From positions 310,001 through 374,000 of the forward strand of contig OZ176052.1 in NCBI GenBank assembly GCA_964247055.1: a DNA stretch of 64,000 bases, written 5' to 3'. The number at the start of each line of letters is the position of its first letter. Position 1 is the stretch's first letter. The notes under the pieces were generated by a model, which saw nothing but the letters and a program-made list of their open reading frames with translations, was not told the DNA's origin and searched no databases. Positions 61,030 to 64,000 of this stretch are shown here, piece by piece. Source of the stretch: Paragordius varius (Eukaryota > Animalia > Nematomorpha). Both the position numbers and the translations under genes were made by a program.

Positions 61030-62400
61030 CTTTTAATATTCCAATTCAGTGAAACAACGTTCCCGGCGGACTGGAACAAATCACTAGCGGTCCCTATATT
61101 TAAAAAGAGCGATCCTAAATTATGTGAAAACTACCGCACAATAGCATTAATCTATCAAACCTCAAAAGTGTTTTTAAAAATAATACAAAACCGTCTACAA
61201 ACATATGTCAACCCGGAAATCTCAATGACGCAGGCAGGCTTTAAAGAAAAAAGAGGATGCCGAGACATGATCTCAAACATTAGATGGATAAAAGAAAAAA
61301 ACTGTAAATTCTAAAATGAGCTACACCTATGCTTCGTGGATTTCTCTAAAGCCTTCGATACCGTTCAACATGACATTCTCTGGAAGGCCCTTAAACAAAT
61401 AGGAGTTTCCAATCACTTAATCATATTAATTAAATCCATATACTCCAACTCCTACTATCACTTAACACCCCCATGGCCCGACCTCTTGGAGTCTAATGAA
61501 CATAGGTCTGCGTCAAGGCTGCATTTTATCCCCCATGTTGTTCAACATATATTTGGAATGTATTATAAGGGATCTGAATCTGCCAATAAAAGTAAGGGGT
61601 CACACTCTGACGACTCTCCACTACGAAGACGACACGGTAATCTTAGCCAAACGAATCTCAAAAACAGTCTCCGAACTTTTATAAATGTGTGCAAAAAATA
61701 TAATCTTACATTAAACCTCGACAAAACTAAAATATTGCATATCAACTCCCCTCATTCCTATGACTCACTTTGGATTAATAACGAAACAATTCAAGTAGTC
61801 AACGAATACACATACCTTGGAAGCATTATCAACGACTCAAGCTCCAGTTCCAAAGAAATAAGAAGACGCATAGCTATCGCTAAATGCGATCTAGCCTCAC
61901 ACTACAAGATATGGAAATCTCATGACATAAACATAAAAACAAAAATCCGACTAGTAAACGCATTAATCTTTCCTATCATGTTATACGGATGTGATGGCTG
62001 GAATATCAAAAGAGACGAAAAAAGAATAAACGCTTTTGAAATGTTTTGCTGGAGAAAAATACTTGGTATAACATGAAGGACAAAATAAAGAACATCGACA
62101 TCGTAAATAAAATTAATGCACAAACAACGCTTCGGGGTAAAATAATAAAACAAAAATTCGGTTACTTTGGACACATTATTCGGGGACATTCTTTGGAAAA
62201 GGATATTATGTTAGAAAAAGTTAATGGCAAGATAGGAAGAGGACGAATACGTATTCGCTGGATAGACGAAATCTTATCACTTTCCAAATTGTCACTGCAA
62301 AAACTATCTCAAAAAGCTCACGACAGAACCGAGTGGAGGAAGTTTTCCTACAAAATCGCTAATGGTCGATAACTGACTACAAGCTCAACAACAATAATAA
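61030..62400 (+). mobile_element. RTE-clade LINE, 5'-truncated and degenerate
   Basis: PIFKK..CENYRTIAL, DFSKAFD, GLRQGCILSP, YEDD, IRRRIAIAK, MLYGC..W, FGYFGHIIR and GRIRIRWID; ends caacaacaataataa. Confidence 0.88.
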
Positions 62401-63109
62401 AATTATAATTTAAATATAACATTAACAACTATGCATTTTAATAATTTATGCTTAATATTTAAATTAAAAATATTTTAGCGTGCCATTTAATTGTTGCAGG
62501 AAATGCGCCCCGAACTTTTAACCCGATTGCATCGGAATTCAATCCGAAAACCCAACTTTAATTCATTCTTAATTTTAATCAAATTCGCTATACAATTTTA
62601 TATTTTATTGTCTATACAAATCGATCTATGCACTTTAACGAAAATACGAATTTATTTATCATTTTTTTGAAGAGCACATCGGAAATTTCTATTTTGCTAA
62701 AGGATTTGCATCAATGTTGTAAATGGTATTTTATACATGCAACATTCTGGATTATTCTATTATATGATAAATAAAAAGTAAGAATTCCAAGAAAAACCTG
62801 ATTGTGATATATTAAAACTTCGTTTAAATTGTAAAAACCCTCCTAAAAGTAAAAAACGAATTTAAAACGGCTAAATAGAATAATAACGGTGTGCCAAGCT
62901 ATCATGATGCTTTTAAAAAATGTGCTAAACTGAAGCTTATCACAAATTAAATTTACCAACTATCTTTATTTCTGGAAAAACCTTTTTTGTATCTTTTTGG
63001 TTAGAATCCTTTAACATTAAAAAATAGTATTTATAGAACATGATGTATATGACTGGTTGCAGTTCAAATTCTGAAAGGGTTTGCAAATTTTCATATGATT
63101 TCTACTTAA

Positions 63110-63472
63110 AAGCCATTTTTATTTTACAAAAAATTTGCAAAATATCATGTTTATTTGATTCTAACGTTAAAATTAAAGCTTATTATTATTGATAGAATTA
63201 GCAAGAATGGTTTATTATGTATTATTATTCAATTTATTCAATGCACGTTACATTGATTATATTTTTACCTTTGAGTTTTACATAAAAAAAATATTGAGTA
63301 TTTTTGAATAAAATTTATTATTTATTTCGCTTTATCAATGTTATATAGGTGCAAAATTTTGCCAGTTTCAATTCCTTCTGTATAATTTAAATTATTTAAT
63401 TTTAAACAGGCATGGGGTATCCAACTACCCCAATTTAAATCGAAAAACTGATGAATGTCTTGTATCCAAGTG
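63110..63472 (+). mobile_element. Partial piggyBac-type MITE
   Basis: Right end ctaccccaatttaaatcg...ttgtatccaagtg. Confidence 0.6.
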
Positions 63473-64000
63473 ATAAATATTGATTACAAATTTGGACTTT
63501 ATTGAACGGATGCATATTTTTGTATTATTTGTCTCAAAATTCACTTATTCAATAAACCCTATTTTTATAAGTGTATGGCTAAACGTGAGGGGATAATTAT
63601 CAAAAAGGGCTTAGTAAATACACAAAGTGCTTTATTAAACCTGGCCTACACGTTTTTCGGAAACGTCGTTCAAACTTAAAATTGCACTTCTATTTTTTGA
63701 AAAAACCCGATTTTTACACGAGGTGGAACTAAACAGAAGGCCTAATATAAAGTCGGCGTATTGATTGATTGAATAATTTTCACTTTTGCAATCGGAATGG
63801 GCATACGTTTTCTCCAAGCTTTAAGCTAACACCTCTTATTTTTATTAATATATAGATTACTTTGGAAAACTTTTAACTTACTATTTATTTTATATTTTTT
63901 GAGTTTTATACGAGGTATTTGTTATTATCTAATTTCATAGCACAAATTTTCGATAAAGTTAAAAAATGTCCAAATGATAAGTTTTTATATTTTCAGGAAA

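Overview
AT-rich eukaryotic DNA, probably a protostome invertebrate; the taxon cannot be fixed from the window. The first ~54 kb is a decayed cluster of U2 snRNA gene copies, and every recognisable copy is broken at the same site (U2 nt 37/39, inside the branch-point recognition sequence) by RLE-type non-LTR retrotransposons. That target and the ZnF-RT-CCHC-RLE architecture match Utopia (NeSL clade). I find nine U2 3' halves, two U2 5' halves and no intact U2. Three divergent lineages are present (called A, B, C here). One lineage-A element (49364-53704) is full length with both U2 junctions and a candidate U2 promoter. Lineage C forms an 8.7-kb near-perfect palindrome. Same-lineage head-to-head pairs recur four times, and three of them break at the same RT motif. 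The cluster is interleaved with segmental duplications, piggyBac-type and hAT MITEs, and Gypsy and hAT remnants. The last 10 kb holds a two-exon paired-class homeobox (minus strand), a protein kinase D-like C1 exon (plus strand) and a degenerate RTE LINE. All calls are by eye; degenerate boundaries are approximate.
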